From: Lentimicrobiaceae bacterium
Lineage (GTDB): Bacteria; Bacteroidota; Bacteroidia; Bacteroidales; UBA4417
Assembly: GCA_041660125.1 (NCBI GenBank)
Contig: JBAZWY010000029.1
Span: 2,616-66,615 of the forward strand
Length of the DNA stretch: 64,000 nt
Reading direction: 5' to 3'
In this document: positions 63,818-64,000 of the stretch, in pieces
How positions within the stretch are numbered: the first letter of the stretch is position 1
How the letters are laid out: every line of letters starts with the position of its first letter
Notes under the pieces: model-generated
The model's database searches: none
Seen by the model: only the letters and a program-made list of their open reading frames with translations
What the model was told of the DNA's origin: nothing
Made by a program: the position numbers and the translations under genes

Positions 63818-64000
63818 TTACAATAGTAGGAGCAGTGTTAGCCAGGTTGTTCGGTGTTTCAAGCAAAACGTTTTTTTAACTCCCGGACCGTTTATAATCC
63901 AGGGAACTTCAATATCAGCCATGCTTTCGTTGCCATTTTCAAACCCATTGCCGCCATGATCAGAAGTAATGATTAAGGTTGTATTCTGCGCCATTCCCAT
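63818..64000 (-). CDS. C-terminal end of an alkaline-phosphatase-superfamily enzyme (NPP/sulfatase-like); the gene starts beyond the right edge
   Basis: TLIITSDHGGNGF ... VPWIINGPGV matches the metal-ligand 'SDHG' region of the AP superfamily. The M at 64000 is internal. Confidence 0.45.
   Translation of the reverse strand: MGMAQNTTLIITSDHGGNGFENGNESMADIEVPWIINGPGVKKTFCLKHRTTWLTLLLLL

Noticed and set aside
63468-63866. Five overlapping track ORFs on both strands encoding Pro/Gly/Arg/Thr-rich peptides (e.g. TRNPEPGTRNPEP..., GSGFRVPGSGL...).
   Set aside because: They are simply the six-frame read-through of the AACCCGGA tandem array. There is no start context and they overlap one another on both strands. 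These are artefacts.

Overview
This looks like a Bacteroidota chromosomal segment. The evidence is TAnnTTTG -7 promoter boxes just upstream of several genes and the tRNA, a T9SS C-terminal sorting domain, and SusD-free housekeeping content. I support about 47 protein genes, one tRNA-Gly(CCC) and two decayed gene remnants.

Most of the window is ordinary core metabolism and envelope maintenance:
- Glycan and sugar metabolism: GH31 fragment, GH13 amylase, PFK, HAD hydrolase, HldD.
- Proteases and wall enzymes: an M16 peptidase pair, M13 peptidase, M23 peptidase, GH25 muramidase, a class-C beta-lactamase-family hydrolase.
- Regulators: a LytS/LytTR two-component pair, Crp/Fnr, an ECF sigma factor, two MerR regulators.
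- Other: cytochrome c, MntP, LemA, a macro-domain protein, IMPase, Lgt, PPase, a TlpA/thioredoxin pair, AlaRS.

The outstanding region is a roughly 19 kb, all-minus-strand accessory locus at 28.4-47.5 kb. It reads as a chaperone-usher-like fimbrial system, which is unusual for this phylum. In transcription order it contains:
- an NtrC-type sigma54 activator;
- five small secreted DUF4402/SCPU-like pilin paralogues, four of them forming a 1990-bp tandem duplication;
- a PapD-like chaperone;
- a 2411-aa T9SS-sorted mosaic adhesin;
- a sixth pilin-like gene that lacks the N-terminal extension and is translationally coupled to the adhesin;
- an usher-like outer-membrane protein fused to four C-terminal SPOR peptidoglycan-binding repeats.

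The intergenic DNA is also unusual. It holds a ~175-bp inverted-repeat element in three copies, a ~74-bp tandem array of about 9 units, G-quadruplex-prone GGG/CCC arrays, and several short 'word' microsatellites at gene boundaries.

All domain calls come from motif recognition by eye. No database search was run.
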